Shown: positions 37,854-50,446 of the stretch, in pieces
Layout: every line of letters begins with the position of its first letter
Numbering within the stretch: the stretch's first letter is position 1
Source: Mesotaenium endlicherianum
Lineage: Eukaryota
DNA length: 64,000 nucleotides
Assembly (NCBI GenBank): GCA_009602735.1
Contig: WELA01001020.1
Location: forward strand, 234,356 to 298,355
Reading direction: 5' to 3'
The notes under the pieces: model-generated
Seen by the model: only the letters and a program-made list of their open reading frames with translations
Databases searched by the model: none
What the model was told of the DNA's origin: nothing
Program-made: the position numbers and the translations under genes

Positions 37854-39883
37854 TGAGCACACTCCCAGCTCCTCCTGACAATGCACCGAAGACGCAAAAC
37901 AGCAGAGCCCAGCACACAGACCTGCAGAAGCTCCAGAGCGACACTTGGCTGCAACAGGACGCCCAGCAGGCCCTGCAGAGCCGCCAGCGCATCCACCATG
38001 GCCGTCTCCTGCTGATGAGGCGCCCACGTCACGTGGCGCGCCTCCTCTTCCGGTGCCAAGATGGCTCGCAGAGGAGGCAACAGGTGGCGCACCACGAAGC
38101 CCTCCCCAAACGCCGCCCCTGCAGCAGTGAGCACAGACCCGCAGCAGGCGTCACACAAGAGTCCCCACCAGACGCCTGCTCTGCCGCTCAACACGCTTTT
38201 ATCCTTTCTCTCACTTGCACTCTCTCCCAGACTTCGAACCATAGTCATCAAGGCGTCGCTGTGACCTGCCCGCCGCCGCCGCCGCAGCAGCAGCAGCACC
38301 ATTATCGCCACCTTTATTATCATCAAAATCACTACCAAAAGCATGAAGTAGTCGTCGTCGTCGTCAGAGCCCAGCCAAGCCACGCGAGGAGGTGGGCTAG
38401 AGCAGGTCCGCGGGCGAGGTCATCGTGTCAAATGGAGGAGGAGGAGGAGGATGTGCAGCACACAAAGCGCACTGCAGTGCCGCACACCTCAGGGCCATGT
38501 GCACGCCCTGTGAGGAGGCGGGCCGTGCTCCTTCAACCGTTGCATTCTGCCAGGAAACTCACTCCTAACCTTCCAGGCAGGCCAGTCGCGACGGCAGCGA
38601 GCTGCTATATTTTCTGGCCTCTGATGCTCCTCTCTCTGTTCCCGCGCAAGGCTCCTGCATCGGCCCGAAGGAGCACCCTCGGAAGCAGCCAGCAGCAACG
38701 GTGCACCCACACGAAGAGGCATGTGCCGGACGAGCAAGCCAGGCAGATGGAGGCGAGGCAGGCACGCGTCCGCCATCTCGTGTGTGTGGGAGTCTTGATA
38801 AGGAGGACGAAAGAGGGCAAGCAGCGGAGGGTGGTGTGTAGGGTGATAAGCGCCGGCTGCTTACCGACGCCAACGAGGGCCCTCACGGCGTGGGGCGCCG
38901 CGTTCTCGTGGCCTAGCAGGCCCAGCAGGGGCTGCACCGTCTGCAGATCGCACGCCTCCCACACACCCGCACACGCAGCAGCAGCAGCAGCAGAAAGATC
39001 GCACCACCACCATCAGCAGCAGGAGTAGGCAGCAGTAGGCAGCAGCAGGCGCAGCCCAATTGCCCGTGTGCCTCGTGCGTGCACAGGGGCCCTCCGCTTC
39101 CGCGAGACAGCCAGATGGCACAACGACGCCACCACCACTGTTACTGCCACCCCCACCACCACCAGCAGCAGCAACACTACAGCTACTACTGCCACTGTTA
39201 CCACCAGCACTAGCACCAGCACCAGCACCATCATCATCATCAGCAGCAGCAGCAGCACAGCAATCAATTGCAGCAGAGGCTGAAGCAGTCCTAGACATCT
39301 GCGTGCCCAAACTCCCTGCAGGGATGCACAGTGGCCGCGAGCTTGGGAGGGCAGTGCTCCGTCCCTTGCCCTTGCTCAAGCCCAGGTCAGGAGCTGACAT
39401 TTGGCAGGGACAAACACGCACAGCGGGCGTGAATAAGGCCCAGACAAGGAACCTGTGTCTCCCTAGCCCTAGCCAGTAGTCAGTATGGTGACGAGCAACT
39501 TGGCTTCCATTTTCCGCATTTCTAAGACAGAAGAGAGTTCGCATCAACAAGAGCCCGTGCAATCCTGCTGCTGAGAGGGAGGAAGGAAGGGCGGAGGGAG
39601 GGAGGGAGGTAGGAGGGAGGTAGCAAGGAAGGGAGTGAGGACCTGGTGGAGGGTGATGGGGGCGCCCAGCTCAGAGCACGAGGCGACCAGAGCCTCTGCT
39701 GCAGCCGCACCCACGTCCTGGTTGTCCCCCGTGGCGCGCAGGGAGGCCAGCAGTAGAGGGTGGACACATGTCACGTACGTGCTGGGCCCCGCAGCTCTGC
39801 GCACGGCGGCGATGAAAGGCGGCTGCAGGAAGTTGATCAGCAGGTGCGCATGCTCGCGGCCCTGCGTCCATGAGGCGCGCGCG

Positions 39884-39926
<43 letters not shown>

Positions 39927-42900
39927 AGAGATCCAGGCACGCTACCAGTGCAACATGAGTTTCACGTGTCGTCGTTGTTGTCTGCACAAGGGGCCTCAGA
40001 GCTTTCCCTCCATCCTGCTGCTGCTGCTGCAGCCCTATGCAAGCTCCGGAAGGGCCATGCCAAACGGGACGTCATGCACTCCGCGCGCATCTGCTGCTGT
40101 TGCTGCTGTTAGAGATTGCTGGACGGGAGACTGAGCGATACGGTTTGGGAAAATCAACGTTCAGGGCTAGAGTGTGAGGATCAAGGTTTGGACGGAAGTG
40201 CCCACAGCCGCAGAGGAGCGTCTCAGCCAGAAAGAGAGGGCCAGGCTGGCAGGCTGGCTGGCACGTGCAACAGCTCCATACAAGCCTCAGAGTCCAGCAT
40301 AGAGCAGCAGCCATGGCATTCGCACACTCGGGACTGCGCACAACGTGTGCACGCCTACCCTGAGAGTGACAGACCGAGTGTGCGATGAAAGAGAGGGACA
40401 AGGTTGTCGATGGAGGCCGTTGCTTGCCCCCCTCTCCCGTCCCCCAACCCTCTCTTTCTCCAAGCAATTTTCCATGCAGGCAGGCACCCACCTGCAGCAC
40501 GGAGAGGAGGAGCGGAAGCACAAGGCGACAGAAGGCGTCGCGGGTCAAGCCCTGCATCAGCGCGCCCACCACAGCGCCTGCCCCGTGCTCTTCTCCCATT
40601 GGCTCCCGCTTCGGCTCCTGCTTTTGCTCAGAGCCTGTCGTGATGCCCTCCTCGCCCTCACTCACCTCCTCCCTCACCTTTCCTCCCTCCTGCGACTCCC
40701 GGCTGCCACTTGGCTGCCCCCTGTTGTCAGTTGAAGCCTGATACTCAAACCCAGCCGTAAGAGCTCGCCCCTGCTCCTCTTTCCTGCTGCTGCTGTTGCT
40801 GCTGCTGCCAGCTGGCATCCCACGGACAGTGTGCCTCCCGCAGGTTGCGTCCGACTTGCCTCCAGCAATGCCACCTGGCAGAGGCTCCTGCACCTGTCCA
40901 TGCCGTTGTTGCTGCCGCATACCTGCTGCTGCTGATGTGACATCATTACTATCATGCGCATGCGGGGTCACGCTTCCGCGAGGGCTTGGGCAGGAAGGCT
41001 CGCCTTGGCCCAGCGTGCTGGCGCTCTCAGAGGACAGCTTCGCATGTGCGACGAGGCGCATAACGGTAGGCGCACACAGCTCCGCTGCTTTTGGGCCCAT
41101 TTTCTGAAAGCTGCCCTTGCATGCGAGCTGTGCAACGCGCATAAGCTGAGAGGGGGCGTCGTGCAGAGCGTGCACACCGGCCAGGAATGAATAAGCACGC
41201 GCCACGTGGGCAGGGAAGAACGAGGATGCCAACAGCGTGCTGGCACGTGGCCGCCTGAAAAGCCACCCGCATGTACCCACACACCCACGCACAAACACCG
41301 TACCAGTTCAGCAATCAGGCTGGATGGTGCCCGAGATTGCCGGTCAGGTCCGCATGAAGCCAGAGGAGGTCTGCCCCCAGCCAGCAGGCCAGCATCTCTC
41401 TGGATGGTAATGTGCAGAGCTTAGTGCAAGTAGTGCACTGTATCTTTTTGGTTATGAAAACTGTGTATATGCACGGTCATACTGCACTATGGCAGAGCAG
41501 GTGTGTGCCGGCATCCAAAATGCACCAGCCGGCAGACAGCCTGCAAGCGGCACGTGTGAGCAGGGAGGAAAGCCACCTGGCAGGGTCCAGCTGGAGGCAT
41601 GCCTCCACGATGGGCTGCACAGCGGCGGGCAACTCTTTGAAGAGGGGAGGAGGCTGCCAGCTGTCGCCATTTTGGCCCCTGCACCTGACAGCAAGCTGCG
41701 CTGCTGATGCGGCATCCAAGAGCGGCCGCTGCAGGTACAGCTCAGCCACGATACATCCGAACGCAAAGATGTCATCGGCCGGCTCCCCACGCCCCCCCCC
41801 CTGCTTCTCTGTGGCGCTCGGTGCACCTGAGAAGCAACACACACACACACACACACACACGCACGCGCACCACATGCAGAGAAAGCCAGTCTGTCAGCCA
41901 CCCGGCTCAGTGCTGTCCCCGCCTCTGCCGGAACTTGCGTGCGGGACGGATGCCCAACACGCGCACCACACTCATAAGATGCACAATTGGTGCTAGTCAA
42001 TTCCCTCCAGAAGCCAGCACCTCCCCCCCCCTCCCCCCCTCCTCTCCTACGACTCCACCTACGTCTCTCCAAACACGTGCTTGAGCTGTCCCCGTCATCA
42101 GTGAGAAGCTAGCTCGGACAGCTAGCAGCGTAGGTCGTGTTTCTGACGTCCAAATCCTTCCTTCTCCTCACCACCTTCTCTCCGCTAGTTGCCCTGGTCA
42201 CTTCACAGAAAAGAATAGCGTTCCTTCACTCTTTTTGCAGCCAAAATTCCGGTAGAGAAGTGGTGACCGCTGACGTCTACTGGACGCGGGCAAGCTCGAC
42301 GTCTGCCACATGCACACGGACAGCATCAGAAAGCGTCCGCCTGTGCCTAGGGTGCACTTCACGAATATGCTGCAGTTCCCATCACCACAGACACGCACAG
42401 AAGGAAGAGCTCAGCGCGCCTACTGAGCTTCCGAAGCCCACAAATAGCTTGGACCCAGTGCCCGGTGTATTCACACAAGCACATACATTTGACATATGTA
42501 TATATACGTAGATTATACATATAAGCATGTACATTTACATATAAAACGTATATATACATGTACACAGGTATGACACTTATCTCCGAATACCACGTGTGTG
42601 TGTGTGTGTGTGTACATTATCAAAAAGGCGCCTGTCGTGTACAGAGACACACGTACACCCCCACTTGAGAGCTTCTGCAAGAACAACAGCAGGCGTGCAG
42701 GTTCCAGAGCCTCCTGGGGGGGNNNNNNNNNNNNNNNNNNNNNNNNNNNNNNNNNNNNNNNNNNNNNNNNNNNNNNNNNNNNNNNNNNNNNNNNNNNNNN
42801 NNNNNNNNNNNNNNNNNNNNNNNNNNNNNNNNNNNNNGGGGGGGAGGGAATGAGCCTGCTGCAGTATACACTCTCCCCTCTCCCTCACCGTGTGGGAGTC

Positions 42901-45900
42901 GGCCCGAGGAAGAATCGCCTGCTCCTCCGCTAGGCGGCTGCAGGGAAGAGCCCTCGCCCTCCCGCAGGGCCCTGATGGGATCGCTTGCAGCAGAAAGCCT
43001 CACAGACGCAGCCCCCAAACCAGCCTCGTCCTCGCTCTCCCTTCCCTTCTCCTTCTCCAGTTCGTGGGGCTCCGCCACCCGGGCCCACTCCATGGCTGTT
43101 GAGGTGTGCGAGCCTCCAGCCACGTCAGCATGGCTGCGTGCGGGCACCGCAGGAGGAGGACTAGGGAGGGGAGAAGGCGGAAGAAGAGGAGCCGCCAGCT
43201 GGAGCTCGACAGCTGGAGGTGGGGTCTCGCGCGTGGCGCTGGAGGTGACGATGCTCCTGCGACCGGCGGCAGGAGGGGGGCCGTAGAACGGCGACAGGTG
43301 TCGGGCGGCGAGGCAGAACCTCTCCACCTCCTCCATGTCCTCGTGCCCCCACCTCCTCTGAAGCCCGCTGCTGCCACCGTGGATACCCCCCTTCCCTTTA
43401 CCTTTGCCCTTCACTTTCTCCTTCCCCTTCTTCTCCACCTCCCTTCTCTCCCTCAGCGGCGCAGTGCGCTTGGAGTCTGCTGCGTCGGACGCTGAGTACA
43501 GAGGAGGAGGAGGACTGGACGATTGCACCTTGCATGCGCTGGAGCTGGCGGCGGCGGCGGCGGCGCCAGCGGCCATGCTTCCTCTGCTGGTACTGGCCCC
43601 ACGACCGGCACCGCCACCCCCACCGGCATCAGCATCAGCATCAGCACCATCACCAGAGCCAGCAGCAGCCTGGTGATTGGTGGTGCTCTTGCCCCCCTTG
43701 CTATTCCTCGCCTCGAGATTCCCCGCCATCCGGGCGCTGCTGCTGCAGTCGCACGCTTCTGGGCGGGGTTCTTGAGGAGGCGTGGTGGCGGCGGAGGAGG
43801 GCGCGTCGTCGTCTGCCCGGATGCCCAGGAACACGGCGTCCAGCCGCTCCAGCTCCGCATTCCTCGCCTCGTTCACTTTGCCCAGCACACTCGCATCGGG
43901 CATCTCCTCCTCACGCCTGGCGATGCTGCCACTTTGCCCCTGATTACCAGCCTCCTCCTCCTCCTCCTCCTCCGGCAACGCACTGTCAGTGCCGTCCAGG
44001 TGTTGATGACTGAAAGCTGCTTCCTCTGCACGCGGAGCATCGTCTGAAGGATTGGGAGCGCTGAAGGACCTGGCGGTGCAGCCGACGGAGGGAAGAAAGT
44101 CAAAATAGAATGCATTCATGTCAGCCTCCGAGGCCCGCCGCCACCCGCCTGCGCCTCCTGCCACGCCCTCATCCTCCCGGAAAACACTGCCGCAGATATC
44201 AGAATAACCGGCCGGGGGTAAGGACCAACGAGACAAGTCCAGCGAGGCGGCGCAGTCGAGGGTAGTAGAGTGGGTCCTCTCAAGGTGCTGCTGTTCGTCT
44301 CCGTCCCCCCCCCTTTGCACGCTGCCGACCGCATCTGGCATGCGCGCAACACATTGGGTCGTTGTTGCTGCGGCAGAACCGCCAGAAACCCCCCCTCCCC
44401 TCCTTCCCCGAGGGGCGGCCGGCCGAGGCAAGCGTGGGGGGTGGGGCAAGCGGAACAGCTGGCAGCGGCCCGTGGCGCGGAGGGCGGAGGCATCGGCGGG
44501 CGGCGGCAGTGCGATGTTCTTGGACTCCACGCCAGGCTGCCCGGAGAGGCGGAAGCCGAAGGTGAGGTCAATCCAGCGGTGCAGGCGCCGCGAGACGCGC
44601 GCGCTCTCCAACGCGCGCCGGTGCTGCCACACAAACTCCTCCTCCGGGCTCCGACCGCTGCCCACGCCCGCACCCCCACCCGCACCACGGCCCGTGCCTA
44701 CACCCCCACTCGCCCTGCTCACGCCCGCGCCGATCGCGCCTGCCCTCGCATCACCCCGGTCCGCGTGGTCGCCGCCTTTGTTTCCGCCCTCATTGCCGCC
44801 GCTGCCTGCACCGCCGCTGTTCACGTCGCCCCTGGTGGCCACGACCGCAGCCGCCGCGGCCCATGCAGGCACGGCAAGGTCCGGCATGTCGGCGTGCATG
44901 GAGCGGAACACGGCGGGGTCGCAGTAGAACTCGGGGATGCACTCGTCGGGCGTCCACTGGTACAGGCGCTGCAGCGTGGCGGGGTACTCGTTGGGCTCGT
45001 ACACGGCCCGCACCGCGCGCCGAAGCACGCTCACGGGCAGCCGCCGCGCCTTGTAGATGCACGCGGCCAGCTCCGACAAGCACTCGTCCGACACGTGGTG
45101 GGGCACCGCGGACGTCGCGTACGTGAAATCCAGCTGCTCGTCGCCCTTCACCAGCCGCCACTTGGACCGCGTCAGGTCGCGCCAACCAGGCGCGTCCGGG
45201 CCCGCCGCCTCGTCGAAGTCGTCGTCGTCGCCGCATTCATCCTCGTCCTTGTCGCCTTCCTCGTCCGTTTCCCTCTCCGCCCGTTCTGCCTCCGCTGCTC
45301 TTTGCGGCACCTCTCCCCCATCCGCCACGTCACCTCCATCAAGTGACGGCCTGCTCCCGTCCCCTGGTGCACTTTCTGCCCTTTCAGCCGATTCAGCTCT
45401 TTCAGAGCTCCTTCCTGCATGCCTGCACCCGCTATGCCTGCCATCCTCGTCGCGGCCGCCATCACCCATTCGCTCACCGTTTGCACCTGGCGGCACCCGT
45501 TGACAGCTGGCGCGGGCAGGGGGCTCGGGCCCGGGCGCCCTTGTCATGTCCAGGACCCACGGCATGACTGCGTGGAAGCTGCGGTCGCCCCACCGCCTGC
45601 CGGCCAGGCGGTTGAGCACCAGGAGGTAGTCAAAGTTGCTCATCTTCCACGCGCGCCACTGCCTAAATGCGTCGCAGAAGTCCGCCACATCGCCGCCGTC
45701 CCTGCCGCTGCCCCCGCTGTCGCCGCCGCCGCTGTCGCCGCTCCCGCTGCCGGCGCCCCCCTCCTTCCCACCGCAGAGAGGAGGTCTGGGGTCCCCGGCG
45801 GTGTCCCCGGCGATGCTGGCGGGGAGGGAAACGGCTGCCGCACGGGGGGCGTCGGCTGCAGCGGCAGGGCCAAGCGTAAGAGAATTAGCCTCACTAGACT

Positions 45901-48900
45901 TTTCCTCATTATCCGTGATGCGCCCTTTGGCCCGGCCCTCCTCCACACTAGTGTCGCCCGCGGGACTGCTTCCTTCCTCCTCTTCCCGAGCAGCCTTGCC
46001 CTCTTCTTGCCCCGCCCTCTCCTCCTCCTCCTCCTCCTCCTCCTCCTCTTCCTCCTCCTTCAGCAGCGATCCACCCCCCAAATGATCCTCCTCAAGGGCA
46101 TCCACACTCCCGCTGCACCCCCCCTCGGGTTGCTTATCTCCCTCTTGGCAAGCGGCCCCATGCCCTGCCCCAGCCCAGGCTGCTCCTCCTTCTTCTGGGA
46201 GAGCCGCAATCTTGACACCCGCGGGGCACGGGGGGGCAGCCGGGTGTGAGGGGCTGTCGCTCGCCTGCGCCTGCGCCTGCGCCTGCGGCTGTGGCTGCGG
46301 TCCTGGAGGGCCGGCCTGGAGAAGACAGGTGGCAAGCGGGGACATGCCCGCGAGAGTGGCCCACTTCTCGTCGGTCAGCAGGACGGCGTCGGGCCGCAGC
46401 CGCCCGTGCGCCGTGCCGCTGACGTGGCAGTGACGAAGCGCGGTCAGGACCTGGAAGAGGAGGAGGCGCCGGGTGGCGTTCTCTCGGAGCGCCAGGGGGC
46501 TGAATCTCAGCGCCGACTGCAGCGTGTGGGGGGGGTGTGCGCGCGCGAGCAGGTACAGCGTGGTGGGTGACTTCAGTACTGCCACAGGGCTTGCAAGGCT
46601 CGGGTGTAAACAGGCCCCGGCTGCTCCCACAGAGTCCGATGTGTCCTCCTCTGCAGCTGGACATCTGTCAGTGCTGCCTGTTGCGCTTTCGGTTGGGGTT
46701 GTGATTCCTGAGGGTACTGCTTCATTCTTCGGGCGGCCCAAAGTGCGGCCATCTGAAAAGCCTGCCTGGAAAGCCCGGGCACCTTCGCGGGCAGGATACA
46801 GAGGGAGCCAGGAGGAATCTTCGCCAGCCTGGCTGCCAGCAGCACCACAGAGGATGTCCAGGGCAGCGTGAAAGTTTTCTGGGGTTGCCTTCAAAATTCT
46901 CACGCCCGGGGCCAGAATAGAGACGCAGTGCTCGGCGTCCTCAACAGCTAGTGCAGTGTCTGTTCCCGGGCTAACAGTCACTCCTTTGGTTGACTGCAAT
47001 TCCTCCTCCCAGAAGGTGCCCGAAGTTTCAGGGCAATTTCCGGGCGTACCAAGCCAACTCACATCCTCCTGCCCAGTCTGCTGCACTGACGACCTGCCCC
47101 CAGGATCTGGGCAGCTTCGAGAGCAGAGTCCAGCACAAGCGGGCAGGCAACTGCAAAAAGCATCCTGAAAACCCCGTCCCGCGTAGCAGTGCAAGGCAGT
47201 GTGATCAAATATAGCACCTGCTGCCTCATGCTCCTCGTGGGCAGCCAGCTCTCCCAAGTACTGGGCCAGGGACACTGTAGGCGCGCCACCTGTCTTCTCC
47301 ATCTGACCGCGAATATCGGGCAGGCCTCCGGTCCCAGCGGTCATGCTCCAGCCCTGCTCCTCCCTCACCTCTGGCGCAAGTTCTTCCTTGTAGCGACACT
47401 GCACGTCACCTGAGCCCTTTACGTCTGAGCTCGCACGCCGGCTGTGGCCGCCCAAGGGGTGCCCCTCACAGCTGTCAGAAGCGGCAGCCTGCATGCGTGG
47501 GCTTCCCCCGCCTGCAACGTCGCCAGCGGGCACACTCTCGCCAAGCTTGCAGCCGCGCGTCGCAACGAGGCTCAGCGAGAAACTCACGGTCCGCCTGATG
47601 ATGCGCGAACCCGTCCCCCTCCGCATCCACGCACACGTGCACACATGCAGAGGGAAGGACAAGGGAGGGGAGAGAGAGGGAGAGGGAGAGGGAGAGGGGG
47701 AGAGGTAGCAGCTCGGGACACTAGTCAGCACGTGGTGCAACACACGAGCAGCGCACCTTGTGGGTTTAGCTGCGTGCCGGGCCCTCACTCTGCCTACATA
47801 GACAGCCCTTAACCTAGCCCTAGATCCTGTCTTCAAAACCCGCGCGGGCGACAGCCGCAGCCCCCCCCTGGCGAAGCAGGTGACTGTGAATCCTCGTCGG
47901 TCCTCCAGATGTAAACATCCTCCTCACGTACCTCACCCTCCCCAGAGCATGCACCCATGCAACATATCTGCGAGGCTGGCCTCATTCCCATAAGGCTGAG
48001 CTTTGGCCCCTTGGCTTGAATTGCTGCTGCCCTGCCCAGCACCTTGCCGTGATGAGCTGGCAGCATGGGCCCCAGCAACGCACACAGAAACCCACCCACT
48101 TACACACACACACACACACGCACACACCCCGGGAGCTCCTGCTGCTTCAGCAAGGACAACAGCGGGGCGATGATAGGGCCCAGTGGTGGTGGCATTGTCA
48201 TATTTGTTTCGGCCCTTAGCCCACCCCTTACAAACGCTTGTGTGTGCCGCTCGTCAACTCCTGCCTGCCCTCCTCTAGTACGCTGATGGCTTGCTCGAGC
48301 CTGAGCATAGAGGGGGGACGGGGTGTGGGGGTAGGGTGGGGGTGNNNNNNNNNNNNNNNNNNNNNNNNNNNNNNNNNNNNNNNNNNNNNNNNNNNNNNNN
48401 NNNNNNNNNNNNNNNNNNNNNNNNNNNNNNNNNNNNNNNNNNNNNNNNNNNNNNNNNNNNNNNNNNNNNNNNNNNNNNNNNNNNNNNNNNNNNNNNNNNN
48501 NNNNNNNNNNNNNNNNNNNNNNNNNNNNNNNNNNNNNNNNNNNNNNNNNNNNNNNNNNNNNNNNNNNNNNNNNNNNNNNNNNNNNNNNNNNNNNNNNNNN
48601 NNNNNNNNNNNNNNNNNNNNNNNNNNNNNNNNNNNNNNNNNNNNNNNNNNNNNNNNNNNNNNNNNNNNNNNNNNNNNNNNNNNNNNNNNNNNNNNNNNNN
48701 NNNNNNNNNNNNNNNNNNNNNNNNNNNNNNNNNNNNNNNNNNNNNNNNNNNNNNNNNNNNNNNNNNNNNNNNNNNNNNNNNNNNNNNNNNNNNNNNNNNN
48801 NNNNNNNNNNNNNNNNNNNNNNNNNNNNNNNNNNNNNNNNNNNNNNNNNNNNNNNNNNNNNNNNNNNNNNNNNNNNNNNNNNNNNNNNNNNNNNNNNNNN

Positions 48901-49524
48901 NNNNNNNNNNNNNNNNNNNNNNNNNNNNNNNNNNNNNNNNNNNNNNNNNNNNNNNNNNNNNNNNNNNNNNNNNNNNNNNNNNNNNNNNNNNNNNNNNNNN
49001 NNNNNNNNNNNNNNNNNNCCCCCCCCCCTGAGAGCTATACCTACAGTGGGGGGCAGCATCGCGCAGGAGCCATATCTAAGGGGGGAGGGGGAGGGGGGAG
49101 GGGGGAGGGGAGCCGGTGTGCGGGTGCTTGCTAGCTCCCTCAGCAGCCGGTCTTTGACCCCACTCCTCCATCAAGCCCTTTGTGCTCTTTCCCTCGGTCA
49201 GATATGACGGAGCAAACCCCCTCCTGCTCTCTTGCTTCGCAGCATGGGCGTGTTGCTGATGCGCTGTCTACGTCCTTCCTGTGAGTCAAGCAGCAGCCCG
49301 TGTGCACGAGCGTGCGTGGGCGCGGGCGGGTGCGAGCAGTAAGAGCGGCCGACACGTGGGGGCCCTGTAGCCTGACAGCTGGCCGCTCGGTGAGCGCCGT
49401 CAGCTCTCGGGATTGCTATGCGCTGACGAGTCCCGCTTCTCTTCGTTCGCCCGCAAGTGGAGCAGGCTTGTGCAGCCTGCTCTTGAGTAAGCGTGCACAA
49501 CAGCATGCTCGTGCTGCCCATGCG

Positions 49525-49615
<91 letters not shown>

Positions 49616-50446
49616 NTTGGCACAAACCATACAACCTGAAACTTGATCCGCATTCTGCATGGCGCCCCCTGAGTGAGCGTAAACCCCAGTCGTAGTTTGC
49701 AGGTCTTGGTCATGACACTTGGACTTGAGGGCTTGGAGGGGGTGGCCTGAGAGCTGAGAGCGAGGAAGGAGAGGAAGGAAGGAGGGAGGGCAGGGAGGGA
49801 GGGTTTATGTCCTGACACCTGGCTAAACCATCAGCCAGGAGTTCCGATCCCTCTCTCGTAAGCCCTGGTGGAGCCGGCTGGAGAGACTCGGGAAGCGACA
49901 GGCACACAATCAAACCTCATAGAAGCCTGGGCAGCTGCCCGGCAAGGGACATAAGCCCTGATGCTTAGATCCCAAAGGAGGCGTGGAGAGAGGCCCAGGG
50001 GGCACCAAGCCCAATCACACCTCAAAAAGAAAACGATGTTGCTCCTTAGCAAGGACCAGAAACCCCAGGCCTAAGCCCCAAGGCAGCAGCCAAGGGAGCG
50101 CTAGGGGGCACCATGCGCTCATTTCTGACAGAAGACGGTGCTGCTGCCTGGCAAGCAAGGGCCAACATGGGCCAAGAAACCCCACACCCCAGATCCCGAG
50201 GCATGGATAGAGAGGGGGCTAGAAGGCAGGCGTGCGCTCATGCCTTGCAGAAGACGGCGACGCTGCGCGTACTTCGAGGATCAGAAGCCCAAAGCCTAAA
50301 GTAGAGAGGGTGCGAGGGGGGCACCGTACCTCGCAGAAGATGGTGTTGCTGCCCGGCAGGGACACGTGCGACACGAGGATGTCCGCGGAGAGGTCGGTGT
50401 GAACCCGCCCCTCGATGTCCTGCAGCGACAGCAGGTGGCGGCCCAT
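25660..50446 (-). CDS. GFS12: BEACH-domain / pseudokinase / WD40 protein GFS12 (WDR81 homolog)
   Basis: Exon 1 50446-50330 (MGRHLLSLQDIEGRVHTDLSADIL). Probable small exon near 47931-47840. Giant exon ~47594-42889 with kinase-like LFQVLTALRHCHVSGTAHG and BEACH motifs (SNFDYLLVLNRLAGRRWGD, WRDLTRSKWRLVKGDEQLDFTY, YEPNEYP, WTPDECIPEFY, HRWIDLTFG). Then 41826-41577 (DDIFAFGCIVAELYL), 41254-40492, 39861-39643, 38940-38865, 38118-37922, ~37480-37419, ~37045-36687, 36046-35935 (copy at 31963-31852), 34661-33046 (copy at 30578-28963; WD40), 28537-28231, 27685-27609, 26639-26510, 25815-25660 (LIGTQDGWLHICA*). Confidence 0.93.
28497..36661. repeat. Tandem duplication with 4083-bp offset (28497-32578 = 32580-36661) joined by a single N; probable assembly artefact
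   Basis: All ORFs in the track repeat with identical translation at +4083 (e.g. 28959..30554 and 33042..34637). Copy 1 ends in a G-run at the N (32579) and copy 2 starts mid-exon. Confidence 0.95.
37777..37848. repeat. (CA)n microsatellite in GFS12 intron
   Basis: Long perfect CA run preceded by CACG/CGCA units. Confidence 0.9.
39080..39270. repeat. Compound trinucleotide low-complexity tract (CAC/CAG/CAT/CTA)
   Basis: accaccactgttactgccacc...catcatcatcagcagcagcagc; lies in a GFS12 intron. Confidence 0.75.
49243..49486 (+). other. Two phase-compatible exon-like segments of an unidentified gene, antisense in GFS12 intron 1
   Basis: cttcgcag|49243-49280|gtgagt ... ctgacag|49379-49486|gtaagc. 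Spliced product is open: HGRVADALSTSFLWPLGERRQLSGLLCADESRFSSFARKWSRLVQPAL. No family recognised. Confidence 0.4.
49525..49615. repeat. ~91-nt poly-C homopolymer ending at a single-N join
   Basis: Directly visible C run; its true length is uncertain. Confidence 0.9.
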
